From positions 32,798,001 to 32,862,000 of the forward strand of contig NC_043010.1 of assembly GCF_006345805.1 (NCBI RefSeq): 64,000 nucleotides of DNA. The letters are read 5' to 3'. Shown here in pieces: positions 1 to 12,036 of this stretch. The stretch is from Octopus sinensis. Taxonomy: Eukaryota. Below the pieces are notes generated by a model that was given only the letters and a program-made list of their open reading frames with translations, made no database searches and was not told the origin of the DNA. Position 1 is the stretch's first letter, and each line of letters opens with the position of its first letter. Made by a program: the position numbers and the translations under genes.

Positions 1-847
1 CAGATAGAATTTTATATACTATGTGTTCCCAAGGGAAGTTTCTTTGCCGTAATGATCTGTGCTTCAGCCCCAAACTTTAAGTTTAATACCCTTATCCATG
101 ACAGCCACAATGCATCTCTAACTGTACATTCCTCCTATTCTCAAAAAAAAAAAAAAATTCCGAATTTTCTTGTTTAGTCGTGCTGCATTCTTCACTCTTG
201 ATTGCTCTAGCTTTGCTAATATCTTCCATCAGCAACCCTGCGCTATACCCTACGCACTAAGCTACACATTTTTATTCACCCTGTGTACAAACTTTCCTAC
301 TAATTTAGATGACCTCAAGTATAGTTACAAATTAATATAATGGCAGATAAGGCTGTGTGACGATAAAATTTGCTTCATTACTATGTGGTTTCGAGTTCAA
401 TCACTCCGCACAGTACCATGGTCATGCGACATCTACCACACTTTCAGGTTGACGAGTTTGACGAGAGAAGCTGCATGGAATCCCATCACTAGGATCTTTC
501 TTTTTTATGTGTGATCGACATAATCCGCTGCTCTCGCACTCTTAACTCCCTTCCCTGCCAGCCCGTGAAGGCCTTAAATGATTGATAGGAGTCGTATTCT
601 TCTCTTATTAAGCAATTTAAAAATCCCTTCTTTTACTACAGAATATATCGATCCTTTTACTATCTACTTTCGGATATATACAACCAAATATGCAATAGCA
701 TTTCAGCCCTAACCCTGCCTGAAATAACAAACGCTTTACTCCACTCCAGGTTTCTTCCAACAAACCTCAAAATAAATGTCATTTACAAGTGGCTAATGAA
801 CATACATGCGACTTAGCGGGCCAATAATAATAATAATAATAATAATA

Positions 848-890
<43 letters not shown>

Positions 891-1449
891 CCCTGATGCA
901 GTACAAGGTAGTGGCTCTCATGGCTTCTGACCTTAACTGATTGGAAGTGTTATCATGTACATTGTTTTGTCTTGATATAAAAGATGGGCTACAGCAAATA
1001 TTCTGCTCAATACGACAGGATTTGCTTGTCAGTTGTTTGACCTTAACCAGTTGGGCATATCCCTTAGTGGCTGACGATATGTGCATCTCTGATTACGAGC
1101 AGAATTAGTGGGAGAGCATCATAGCCATGTATTGAGAGGAATTTCCGGGGGTTTGGATAAGTCACCTTTGGAAACATGAGTGTCTTGTTTAACATCCTCA
1201 AACAACCCTTATTCAGGGACCTTTTGAATGGGATGGGCTACTCGACCTGAAGAAAATTCTAACTGGGCCCCACCTGCAAGGTAATGCACTGTTTATCTTG
1301 ATATGAGATCATCATGTGGCGCACATATGGTTGTGATGCATGTGCCTGGTGTACTCTTATCAGACAGGTAGTCATGATGGGTATACTGGTATACTGGGCT
1401 TCGTATATTTTACCCCAGTGTCACTGCTCTCTCTCTCACTCACTCACTC

Positions 1450-1450
<1 letters not shown>
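891..1450 (+). mobile_element. ~550-bp non-coding interspersed element in (TAA)n, copy 1 (putative non-autonomous R4/Dong partner)
   Basis: Begins CCCTGATGCAGTAC and ends CTCTCTCACTCA, with (TAA)n on both sides. A colinear homologous copy at 63138-63656 has the same two ends. Confidence 0.8.
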
Positions 1451-1490
<40 letters not shown>

Positions 1491-1514
1491 TATAATAATA
1501 ATAATAATGATAAT

Positions 1515-1725
1515 AATAATAATCCTTTCTACTAAAAGCACAAGGCCTGAAATTTGGGGTTAGGGGACTAGTCGATCAGATCGACCCTAGTGTTTCACTG
1601 GTGCTTCATTTATCGACCCCAAAAGGATGAAAGGCAAAGTCGACCTCGACGGAATTCGAACCCAGAACGTAGCGACGGGTGAAATACCGCTAAGCATTTC
1701 GTTGACCGTCCTAACGATTCTGCCA
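1515..1725 (-). mobile_element. tRNA-derived SINE family B (Nin/Deu-like central domain)
   Basis: Reverse complement has TGGCAGAATCGTTAG (A-box-like), GGTTCGAATTCC (B box), GTCGACTTTGCCTTTCATCCTTTTGGGGTCGATAAATGAAGCACCAG (Nin/Deu-like) and an (ATT)n tail. Confidence 0.85.
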
Positions 1726-1788
1726 ATAATAATAATAACAAAAGGATGATAATGATGATGATGACGACGACGACGATGATGATGATGT

Positions 1789-1820
<32 letters not shown>

Positions 1821-1989
1821 ATGTCGCATCGAAAAATTAAAAAATGAATTTCAACAACTCAACTAAATCACATTGACAAAAAAAAAAAAAAAACACGGAT
1901 AATCGAATTAGACCAAACAATGATTAGCAAATACTTAGGAATGGATGAACTTATTCAGGGACCTTGACACATTAAAAACAAAAGGTTGG

Positions 1990-2210
1990 AATATTCTTTT
2001 CTACTCTAAGCACAAGGCCCGAAATTTTGGAGGAGTGAGCCAGTCGATTAGATCGACACCAATATGCAACTGGTACTTATTCATCGAACCCGAAAGGATG
2101 AAAGGCAAAGTCGAACTCGGTGGAATTTGAACTCAGAACATAAAGACAGACGAAATACCACTAAGCATTTCGCCCGGCGGGCTATCTATTCTGCCAGCTC
2201 GCCGCCTTAA
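1990..2210 (-). mobile_element. SINE family B
   Basis: Same head and Nin-like domain as 55778-56010. Confidence 0.85.
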
Positions 2211-2559
2211 ACGGTTGGAATATTGAACGATTATAGATATTATAGATCTACGAGATTATCGTTTAGAAACAGTTAAATGCAAACAAAAAAAAAGAAACCA
2301 GGAAAACAAAGGTAAAATTTTGCAATCATTTAGCTGTTGCAGTAATTATTTATAGTTATAATATTCTCAAATGGGTGCTAATTGAATTAGCAAGACTAGA
2401 TAGAATAATGCATAACATAATAATTTCATTTAGAATATTACACTCATATAACTAGCTCAGAAATATTATATTTACTACTGAGAGAAAAGGGATGTATAAA
2501 ACTTCTGCCACAAGAAAATTATCATAAAACATCTACTTCAGAACTACAGAAGTATCTAG

Positions 2560-3480
2560 AGAAAGATGTAGAAGAAACTAATACATAGAACCTAAACCAA
2601 AATAATAAAACAAGAAGACGAAAACTGTATCTGTCTTTAAGAAAGAGAGCAAATATAAAACAGAGACTTGGGTATGACACAGCTTCAAGGGGAGAGGGCA
2701 AACGAGAAGAGACCCTATTTAGAAATTGAAACTAAATTGAAACTAGGATTACAAAGCTTGAACTGGATAAAGCTGGATAAAACTGGACAAAACTGGATAA
2801 AGTGGGAATAGCACTGACTGAAAGTCTCAGGAATCAAAGCTGAAATTGAAATATTTTTGAAGACCACACCAAACCAGAGTGCTCCCACTAGAAAAATACC
2901 AAAAATATATATTGAAACAGAGTAGCGATAATACCTTTAGAATATGTCACTACTTTATAGAAACCGTTAATATTATTGTTTCTGCTCGCTACCTTTGTCC
3001 AAAATGGATTGAATAAACCGTCATAGCAGGGTTGGAGGTCTTATACAAGGCTAGTATCATGGATTGTACTCAGAAAGGAGATGGTATAAAGCCACACCAC
3101 AAAGTGGCTATACAATTTACACTGAGGGAGATGGTAAGACAAAATATCGTCCAGACAACCTTTTATAAATCGCTAAAATGTATCGGCCAATAAAAGCATA
3201 AATAGATTGTACGACAAACAATATATTGATGAACTAATTAGAGAAATAATAAAGATCTGGAACAGAAAAAGACAGAATATTAGGATTGAAAACATACAAT
3301 TCTCATAACATCTGAATATCCTGGGAATAATTAAAGGGATAAGCAAAATCCGATGCTTTAACATAGCGTTGGGAAATGGAAGTACTTGGTACTGTACAGA
3401 TATGCAAAAAACTTTTAATATAATGAGAAAACAAAACAACAAATAAATGCTATGCGCATTTAGGGTACATGGATCCACAC
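2560..3480 (+). mobile_element. Heavily decayed R4/Dong-like non-LTR retrotransposon, C-terminal (zinc-knuckle/RLE) region
   Basis: Frameshifted translation gives DQSAPTRKIPKIY..., CHYFIETVNIIVS...LNRHSRVG-like blocks that resemble the intact fragments at 14190 and 15040. Confidence 0.55.
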
Positions 3481-3544
3481 TTGGTTATGCAATGAAAGAT
3501 TAATAGTCTTAAAGGAACTAAATAAACATATATTTATCTTTTAT

Positions 3545-3860
3545 TTTTGTACTGCAACTATGTTGGAACGCCGCCTTTGAGGGTTTCAGGCGAATGAATT
3601 GAATCCAGTGCTTATTTTTTAAGCCTGTTACTTATTCTATCGATAATGCCAAACCACTAAGCTACAGGGACGTAAACAAACAGCACTGATTGTTAAATGG
3701 AAAGGACAATCACAAAGATACACACACACACATACTCACACACACACACACACACACACACACCACACACACACACACAACACACACACACACACACACA
3801 CATGACGGGCGTCCTTCAGTTTCCATCAACTCAAAGAGTTCTGGTAGGCCTGAGGCTATC
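3545..3860 (-). mobile_element. SINE family A, decayed, head truncated
   Basis: Homologous to the 3' half and central (CA)n of 43903-44351. Confidence 0.75.
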
Positions 3861-3889
3861 ATTCTTTTAAATTAATAATGAATAATGAA

Positions 3890-4792
3890 TATTGTGTTGA
3901 GTCAAAAGTTTTGCAATATATTGGTAACTTATTTGTTTTATTCGTTAAGTTACACCAAAAGCAGCCCAGCATTCAAAGTAAAGGCCATAGTGTGGCACCG
4001 TCTCAATCTACTGTTCGACTACTTCATTGAACCCACACTGATATCAGTTCTTATTCTTCGAGGCGAAAAAATCCTTCACTGAAGCTTCCACCTCCTCTTA
4101 GTTGATGAAGCATCACGAACACAAGATGTGAGTCATGGATCGGAACAAGCAATAATCTGAGGGAGATATTTTCACTCAATCCTAACGTGAATATGTAGTG
4201 ATTAAGCAAGGGCCAGCTACCAGAACCTGTCGCTAAACATAAACGCTTCGAACACAAGGTGATACTCAACTCTGCGTTTGATGGAATTATGAGGAGATAA
4301 TTCACTACTTGTTGATTCCAGACGGTCGAACTGTACTCCGAACCGCTGGAGAGGCTGTATGCCATTGAGCAATAAAAATACTTGGCATTAGTTAACAGAA
4401 AGTGAACTTTTCTGTAGCAAGATAGCGCAAGACCGTTTACTGCTCGAACGACCCAGATTAAACTCCAGGAATTTAAGGAAATCGAACTGATATCCCACCC
4501 AGCATATAGAGCGGACTTAGCTCCCTCAGGTTATTGCTTGTTCCGACCCAGGGCTCACTTCCTGTGCTCGCGACACTTCATCAACCAAGAGAATGTGGGA
4601 GTTTCAGTGAGGAAGCTCTTCACCTCGAAGCACAAGATCTGTTATCAGCTTGGGATCAAAGATCTGGCAGAAAGATGGCTTCAGACGTGCCACACGATGG
4701 CCTCTACATTGAATACTGGAGTGCTTTTGCTGTAACTTGAATAAAGCAAATAAGTTAGCAAAATATTGCAAAATTTTTGACTCATTAAAATA
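3890..4792 (+). mobile_element. Non-autonomous mariner derivative with ~275-bp inverted arms made from the transposase 3' end
   Basis: 4166-4720 translates (with stops) to mariner C-terminal motifs (QDSARPFTA, HPAYRADLAPS, GIKDLAERW). 3890-4165 is a diverged reverse complement of 4521-4792. TA at both ends. Confidence 0.8.
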
Positions 4793-4954
4793 TAACTTCA
4801 AACTGCACCTTAACCTCGCAGAAAGGAGTAAAGGAAAAGGTGAAAGAAATAAAGCAACACTGATAGCTGGCGATAAAATGTGAATGTTGATTTAGGATAA
4901 ACACAAACGCTGTAAAGTGTTAAAGGGAATATTTAGTGATATTCATCAAGAAAC

Positions 4955-5231
4955 AATCAAAAGCCCACAAGTACAAATGTCATCTTGAACCATTGTATTT
5001 AAGATGTTAATTATTATTTCTTTGTACTTTTTAATTTCGGAAAGATTTAAAGCGGCATTCTTTTGTGTAAGTTATTCTCCGGACATGGAATCAAAAGCCC
5101 ACAAGTACAAATGTCATCTTGAACCATTGTATTTAAGATGTTAATTATTATTTCTTTGTACTTTTTAATTTTGGAAAGATTTAAAGCGGCATTCTTTTGT
5201 GTAAGTTATTCTCCGGACATGGAATCAAAAG
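4955..5231. repeat. 134-bp tandem duplication (2 copies plus 9 bp)
   Basis: AATCAAAAG... recurs at 4955, 5089 and 5223. The two full copies differ at about one position. Confidence 0.95.
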
Positions 5232-5812
5232 AACGGGAATAAAAGCGTTTTTGTCAACAAAAATGGCAAAAATATTTTTTCGTCCAACCCAAAGTTGCGG
5301 TTGATGATTATATTTTGAATTTAATACAAACAAAAATCTAACATATAAAAGTCAGTGAACATTTCAAATGTTCGATAGAAATAAGCATGAGATAACTATG
5401 GCCATTAAATGATAAGGAAAGTGACGCGTAAGTGACAAACCAGAAAATTACTCAGAACTACACGATTTACAACTACGCTCAATATATTATACCCCACATG
5501 TGGAGCGAATTACCTGATAATACAGATAAAAACATGTTGAAACTCTATACAACATGAACGAGAATTAATGGACTGAAATAGAGGAAACTCAATAGAATGA
5601 GCAACAACTTAATACAGTATTAGAAACAGAACAAAACGTTAACACAATAATTAGCATTATCGCACCAGCTATTAATTAACAAAGAAATTGAACCAAGAAA
5701 TGTAGAGAGGAAAAGAAAGAAATATATGTCGGAAAAGAAAGAAAATACCAAGGAGTCTGCGGGAGATCAATTCATATCAAAATTTCTATAAACATTTTTT
5801 TATAATAGGAAT

Positions 5813-5878
5813 AATATGAAACCAAGCAGAAACCAATATGAAACCAAGCAGAAACCAATATAAAACCAAGCAGAAAAC
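5813..5878. repeat. 22-bp unit x3 (AATATGAAACCAAGCAGAAACC)
   Basis: Read directly from the sequence. Confidence 0.9.
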
Positions 5879-6473
5879 AGATATCATTTTTAAATATGAA
5901 TAAAGGTTCGAAGATGATTATTTCTATGATTAAGGAATCGATTAGGTTTTGATTTATAGGGACCTCCAGCATAAAGGTTGGGAATTATAAGTACTTGCAG
6001 CCTAGTGATTGGAACTATAGAGATTGTTAGAAAGGTATAGAGAAAAATATACAGGGAAGATCAAGATTTAAGAATGCGGCTAAACAGATGTAGTTAAGTA
6101 ACGTCTTTTGGTAAGTGAGCGATATTTGGCAAAACTGGAAGGTTTGGAATGAAACCAAAGCTGATTGACAAATAACAAGTATAAAAACCAAAGCAATTTT
6201 ATTATGGCTACACTTGGTTAACAAGAAACTGCTTCAAAATATACACAAACTAATAGCAAACAGCAAATAAGGATAATATAGTTAGTAACTATTTGGAAAC
6301 ACTTATCCAAGTTAAAATATAGGCACAGATACGACCAAGTAGGTAGTTACGCACGAGGTTAAGTTAATGCCATCGTATTTAATGTAGTGAGGAGGAAAAC
6401 AAATTTAGTTAATTAATAATACTAATGTGGCGAGGAGAAATGTTAATTTAATCTGATTAAATAAATCATAAAC

Positions 6474-6549
6474 GTGATGATGATGATGATGACGACGGCG
6501 GCGGCGGCGGCGGCGGTGGTTGTGGTGGTGGTGGTGGTGGTGGTGGTGG

Positions 6550-6629
<80 letters not shown>

Positions 6630-6660
6630 ATGATGATAATGATGATGATCATGATGACGA
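6474..6660. repeat. Compound triplet array (TGA)n-(CGA)-(CGG)n-(TGG)n-(TGA)n
   Basis: Read directly from the sequence. Confidence 0.95.
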
Positions 6661-7100
6661 CGAAGATCCTGCCTCGATAATTTTTTCATATCTCAGACCA
6701 ACCATTTCCCAACTCCCGGACACGGACACACATACACGTACACAAACACACACATGCACATATATGATGAGTGGAAAAAAAATTAAGAATTAGTGGTGTA
6801 CGGCATTTCTCCTTTCGCTCTTTAACTAAATTAATCATAACATACTTTTGGCCCACTCGAGTTATTTCCCTAAGTTCTTTTTTGTTTGTTTGATTTTTAA
6901 TTAAATTACTTTTGACCAAAAATATACCTAATTCTGATTCTATATTTAATAAAATGAATTTTCTGGTCTGCAAACAACTGAGACTATGCTGACGTCGCTT
7001 AAGCAGACCGAAAAATATGTACAAAGTTGACATCTCTGCAGGCAACAGAGATCACTCTGTCCTCTCTATAGCATCTCGGTTAACATGAGAATTTATTGTA

Positions 7101-7146
<46 letters not shown>

Positions 7147-7228
7147 GTGTGTGTGTTTGTTTGTGTGTGCGTGCGTGCGTGCGTGTGTGTGTGTTTACAC
7201 TTATGTATGTATGTATGCGTGTGTGTGT

Positions 7229-7274
<46 letters not shown>

Positions 7275-7422
7275 TGTGTGTGCATTGGTTCGTTCGAAGC
7301 ATTGGAAAATTTTTAATGAGACTATTTAAGAAACTGCTCAAATGAAAATGGAGCTATAAATAATACAGTAATACTTCGCAATATATCTAAAGTATATTAT
7401 TACCCGATACATTAGAAACTAC

Positions 7423-7930
7423 TACAGGGTGCATAAGGTATTTGAGGACATACCCCTTTGGGTCATTGCTGCATTTTTTGCTAATTCTGTATAATCTTTG
7501 TTTCAGAAAATAATAAAGGCAGACTCTCAGCTTACTCAAGAAATGAAGAGGCATGCTGTTGTTGTAGTTATAAAGGCTGAGCATAGCGATTTAGAAATAT
7601 CTCGATTTTTGAAATTTGCCAAATCCTTCGTCTACATAGTTTGTTAGGAGCTAGAGACTGAAGATGGAAACGTATCACCAGTATCAAAGCGTAATAAGCA
7701 TTCTATATGCTCTGAAATCATCAGAATACGTGAATTTATCCAGCAAGTTCAACAGACTATTGATTACAATTCCAGAAAGTCCATGAGGTCAATTGCCGAT
7801 TTCCATGTGTCAGAAGGAACAGTCAGAAATGTTGTCCACGAAGACATCAGATATAAGTCTTATATGATGAAGAAGGGTCAATTTGTCAGAAAGAGCAAAA
7901 AAGAGCAAAAGTGAAGACTGAAGTCAAAAT
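7423..7930 (+). mobile_element. Decayed 5' part of a maT/mori-like (Tc1/mariner superfamily) transposon
   Basis: Starts TACAGGGTG like the element at 50039. Translation gives ...IQQVQQTIDYNSRKSMRSIA...VSEGTVRNVVHEDIRYKSYMMKKGQF. Confidence 0.7.
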
Positions 7931-7987
7931 TGTTGTTCTTCTAATAAAGCTTGTAGTTACACTCTGTCTTCCGTATCTATCATTTAA

Positions 7988-8018
<31 letters not shown>

Positions 8019-8019
8019 T

Positions 8020-8180
8020 GTACATGACAGGCTTCTTTCAGTTTCCGACTACCAAATCTCCTCACAAGGTTTTGGCTGACATAGAGCTATAGCAGAAGAT
8101 ACTTGATAAAGGTGATACTTAGTGGGGCTGAACGCGGAACTATGTGGCTATGAAGCAACCCCTAAGCACACAGTCAATCC
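8020..8180 (-). mobile_element. SINE family A, 5' half, diverged
   Basis: Homologous to 43903-44070. Confidence 0.75.
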
Positions 8181-8214
<34 letters not shown>

Positions 8215-8233
8215 ATATAAAAGGAAATGAAGA

Positions 8234-8524
8234 AAATGCTGACAAAATAATTTAAGTAATTTAAGTAATTTAATTAGGTGAAAGTTCTTTTTACCGGTTG
8301 CGCATTTGTTATGCTTATCAAAAGATGTTTTTTTAAAGAGAGATAGAGTTACTTTCTGATAGATTTTTTCCTCTTATCGGATAAGAGGAAAAAATCCATC
8401 AGAAAGTAACTCTATCTCTCTTTAAAAAAACATCTTTTGATAAGCATAACAAATGCGCAACCGGTAAAAAGAACTTTCACCTAATTAAATTACTTAAATT
8501 ACTTAAATTATTTTGTCAGCATTT
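8234..8524. repeat. Near-perfect 291-bp palindrome (145-bp arms, 1-nt spacer) in (TA)n; probable PLE-derived fold-back
   Basis: 8234-8378 is the reverse complement of 8380-8524 with one mismatch. Centre is G8379. Confidence 0.95.
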
Positions 8525-8793
8525 GTATGTATTTCCTTTTTTATATATCACAACTCGTGTTCCACATCTCCTTTTATATATATATATATAATATATATAT
8601 TATATATATATCTTTTACAAGGAAATGTTGGCAGTTACTCCGAAGTTTCGATTTAGAACGTTTAGTAGCCTTCATTACATAGTAAAATTATTTGAATTTT
8701 CCATCATCCCTCCTCCCCACACACACACTCACACACAGAAACACACACACATTCCTTGAGGATTTGGGCCAAACAAGACTAAACGTACATATA

Positions 8794-9004
8794 GAAGGGG
8801 GTGCAGAAATGTTCCTGGTTTGGGGTGAAAAAGATAAAAGAGGGTTAGTTATGATTTTATTCAACATATTCCTCTCAGATTCACACATTTATTGCAGCGG
8901 TCCTTCAGCTTTTCTAAGCCTTGTAAAAGAACTAAGAAGGTTGGGCCTCCAGCCAAGTTTTTTGGGTATACCCTTAAAGTCAGGAACTTTTCAGCAACTT
9001 CTCG
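8794..9004 (-). mobile_element. Mariner-derived MITE (~210 bp)
   Basis: TIRs GGGGTGCAGAAATGTTCCTG / CAGGAACTTTTCAGCAAC. The interior retains a mariner C-terminal remnant. Homologous to 44411-44630. Confidence 0.8.
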
Positions 9005-9013
9005 TGTGTGTGT

Positions 9014-9050
<37 letters not shown>

Positions 9051-9585
9051 ACGTATGTATGTATGTATGTATGTATGTATGTATGTATGTATGTATGTAT
9101 GTATGTACGTATGTGTGTATGTATGTATGTATGTATGTATGTATGTATGTGTGTGTGTATGTATGTATGTATGTATGTGTGTGTATGTGTGTATGTATGT
9201 ACGTACGTATGTATGTATGTATGTATGTATGTATGTATGTATGTGTGTGTATGTATGTATGTGCGAGTGTATGTATGTATGTATATATGTATGTATGTGT
9301 GTGTATGTATGTATGTACGTATGTATGAATGTATGTATGTATGTGTGTATGTATGTATACATGTATGTATGTATGTATGTATGTGCGTGTGTATGTATGT
9401 ATGTATGTATGCATGTGTGTGTATGTATGTACGTATGTATGAACGTATGTATGTATGTATGTATGTATGTATGTATGTGTGTGTGTATGTACGTACGTAC
9501 GTTTGTACGTATGTATGTATGTATGTATGTATGTATGTATGTATGTATGTATGTATGTATGTATGTATGTATGTATGTATGTATA
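9004..9585. repeat. (TG)n / (TATG)n microsatellite, ~580 bp
   Basis: Read directly; source of the spurious MYVC/HTYI ORFs. Confidence 0.98.
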
Positions 9586-10154
9586 CCGTTTTGGAATCGG
9601 AGAAGAACAACACTCAATAATATGGCAATTTGTTGATATTTTATTTTGGCTGAGTCAGCGTCTTGCTACTCTGAGTTTCGTCTGTAGGTATGCAGGAATT
9701 TTGACGTTGTTTTTATATCTGAAATTTAATGTAAGGCTGTAAAGTATTTTAGTCATTTTTATGTTAAGGCACTGATTCTTTGTAACGAGTTGTTTGGTTT
9801 ATAGTGGAAAAGTGAGATCTTTTCTTAAAACAAGTGTAAGAGAAATGGTCTGTCATAAATCTTTTTCCCTCATTAACCCGACAAGTTGGACAATATAACA
9901 TAAGCAACGTCGCACAAAAATGGTTAAATGACTTTACAATCACATATATAACCAGGCATGCTTAAATGAAGAACCGTATCGCAAATTCTGTGCTACACAC
10001 ACACAGACACATATGTATATATGTATACATGTGTATACATGTGTATATATATGAATGCATGTATGTATGTATGTATGTATGTATGTATGTATATATATAT
10101 ATATGTGTGTGTGTGGTGTGTGTGTGTGTGTGTGTATGCATGTATGTATAAATA

Positions 10155-10498
10155 TTCTTTTATTTGTTTCGGTCATCTAACTACGGCCATACTGGAGCAC
10201 TATCTTTAGTCGAACAAATCGACCACATGACTTATTCTATCGGTTTCTTGCTGAACCGCTTAGTTACGGGTACGTAAACATACCAACATCGGTTGTGAAG
10301 CGATAGTGGGGAGATAAACACAGACACACAAATATACATACATACATATATATATACGACGGGCTTCTTTCTGTTTCTGTCTACCATATCCACTCACAAG
10401 GCTTTGTTCAGTAAGACACTTGCCCAAGGTGCCACACAGTGGGACTGAACCCGGAACCATGTGGTTGGTAGCAAGCTACTTACCACACAGCCACTCAC
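10155..10498 (-). mobile_element. SINE family A
   Basis: Full head, body and tail on the minus strand. Confidence 0.9.
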
Positions 10499-10601
10499 AT
10501 ATTTGTATATGTGTGTGTGTAAACATGTGTGTGTGTATGTATATATAAACACACACACATACACTCAGGCACATACACACACACTCTCTCTCTCTCTCTC
10601 T

Positions 10602-10642
<41 letters not shown>

Positions 10643-11619
10643 AGTACACAGTATTCTATTTCAGCCGATCGTACCAATCGGTTTCGCACCGAGTGTTAGG
10701 AAACCGCAAATTAGATCAATGAACAGCGCAGTTCATTAACATCATATTTCTTCCTTGAATTTGATTAGCAATATTTTTAATGTGACCTCGTGTAATAAAA
10801 TAGATTTTGGTGAGGAGCACATGCGTATGGTATGCATATTTTGAAAAGGTGTGGGTGGTTAAATGAATAAGCATTTATCTTATTTATAAATTTATGTATT
10901 TATCTTAAGGCCAGTGTGTGTGTTTTGGAATGGACTGCACGTGTTGCGTATGTATGTCCCATGATGTCCCTCATATTTTTCTGTCTCCATATGAAGAAGC
11001 TCTTGTTTGCCACTTCTAACCATATATGCTTCTACACAAATACTGTTATTCTTTGGTGTTCAGTAAACATTTCCTCACATGCTTCTCTAATGCAGACATG
11101 CACCAATTCCATAATCATAGCGTATGTCCAACGGGAACATAGCGACATTTTTCACAAAACCAGGAATACAATCACTACACCAAATTTACTCGATAACGGA
11201 ACATACACATTGAAACTTTAAGGTTTTACGACCTCTGACGTGAATGACGTAGCCAATACTACATTTCAGTTCTGGATTCATTCAGCCGTGAACAATTGCT
11301 GTCACAAGTGTTACATACGTCACTTATGTTTATGTCCTACATTGAAGAACTACATACATACCAGAGCAGATGCTACCTATACACTTAATCGTTTAAGTTG
11401 GCAAAATTTGATCATTAAATTGATTAGTAAACTTTGACAGCCATGCTACAACTACTAACCAGATATTATGTGTCTTCCTCCTGCCTCCCACTGTACTATG
11501 TTTGTAGCTTTTGTATCATGTTTATAGTTATTAGTTGATATTCTGAGAGAGAGAAGGGGGAAGAGAGAGACCATCATGAATATTTGCATATTTGTATGTA
11601 TATATGCATGTATTATGTA

Positions 11620-12036
11620 TCTTTTATCTTTTACCTGTTTCAGTAATCTGACAGCGGTCATGCTGGAGCACCTCTTGAATAGTTTTAGTCGAATCGACCA
11701 TAGTACTTTTTTAAGCCGGTTACTTATTCTATAGATATTTTTTGCCGAGCCGCTAATTACAGGGACGTAAACACACCAACATCGGTCTTCAAGCGGTGGC
11801 GGGGAGACAAATGCAGACTCAAAGACACACTCACATAGATACACACACACACACACACACACATACACACATACATACACGACAGGCTTCTTTCAGTTTC
11901 CATCTACCAAATTCACTCGCATGGCTTTGGTCGCCCCGAGGTTATAATAGAAAACATACCCAAGATGCCGCACAGTGAGAGTGAACCCGGAACCATGTGA
12001 AAAGCAAGCTTCTTACTACACAGCCAAGCCGGCACC
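11620..12036 (-). mobile_element. SINE family A
   Basis: Full copy with a central (CA)n. Confidence 0.9.

Noticed and set aside
1069-1115. CTGACGA in the 550-bp element (also at 63292) as a hammerhead core
   Set aside because: No complementary stem I (the flanks are direct repeats) and no conserved GAAA or stem III.
5400-6350. Possible further decayed Dong-like fragment
   Set aside because: Only faint similarity; too degraded to support as a feature.
7663-7690. CTGAAGA-TG-GAAACGTA
   Set aside because: No stem II, and it lies within transposase-derived coding sequence.
8692-9742. Long ORFs of 200-314 aa (MYVC/HTYI repeats) and similar ORFs across the window
   Set aside because: Translations of (TATG)n, (TA)n, (CA)n and triplet microsatellites. 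The non-repeat part of 8692-9000 is a mariner MITE.
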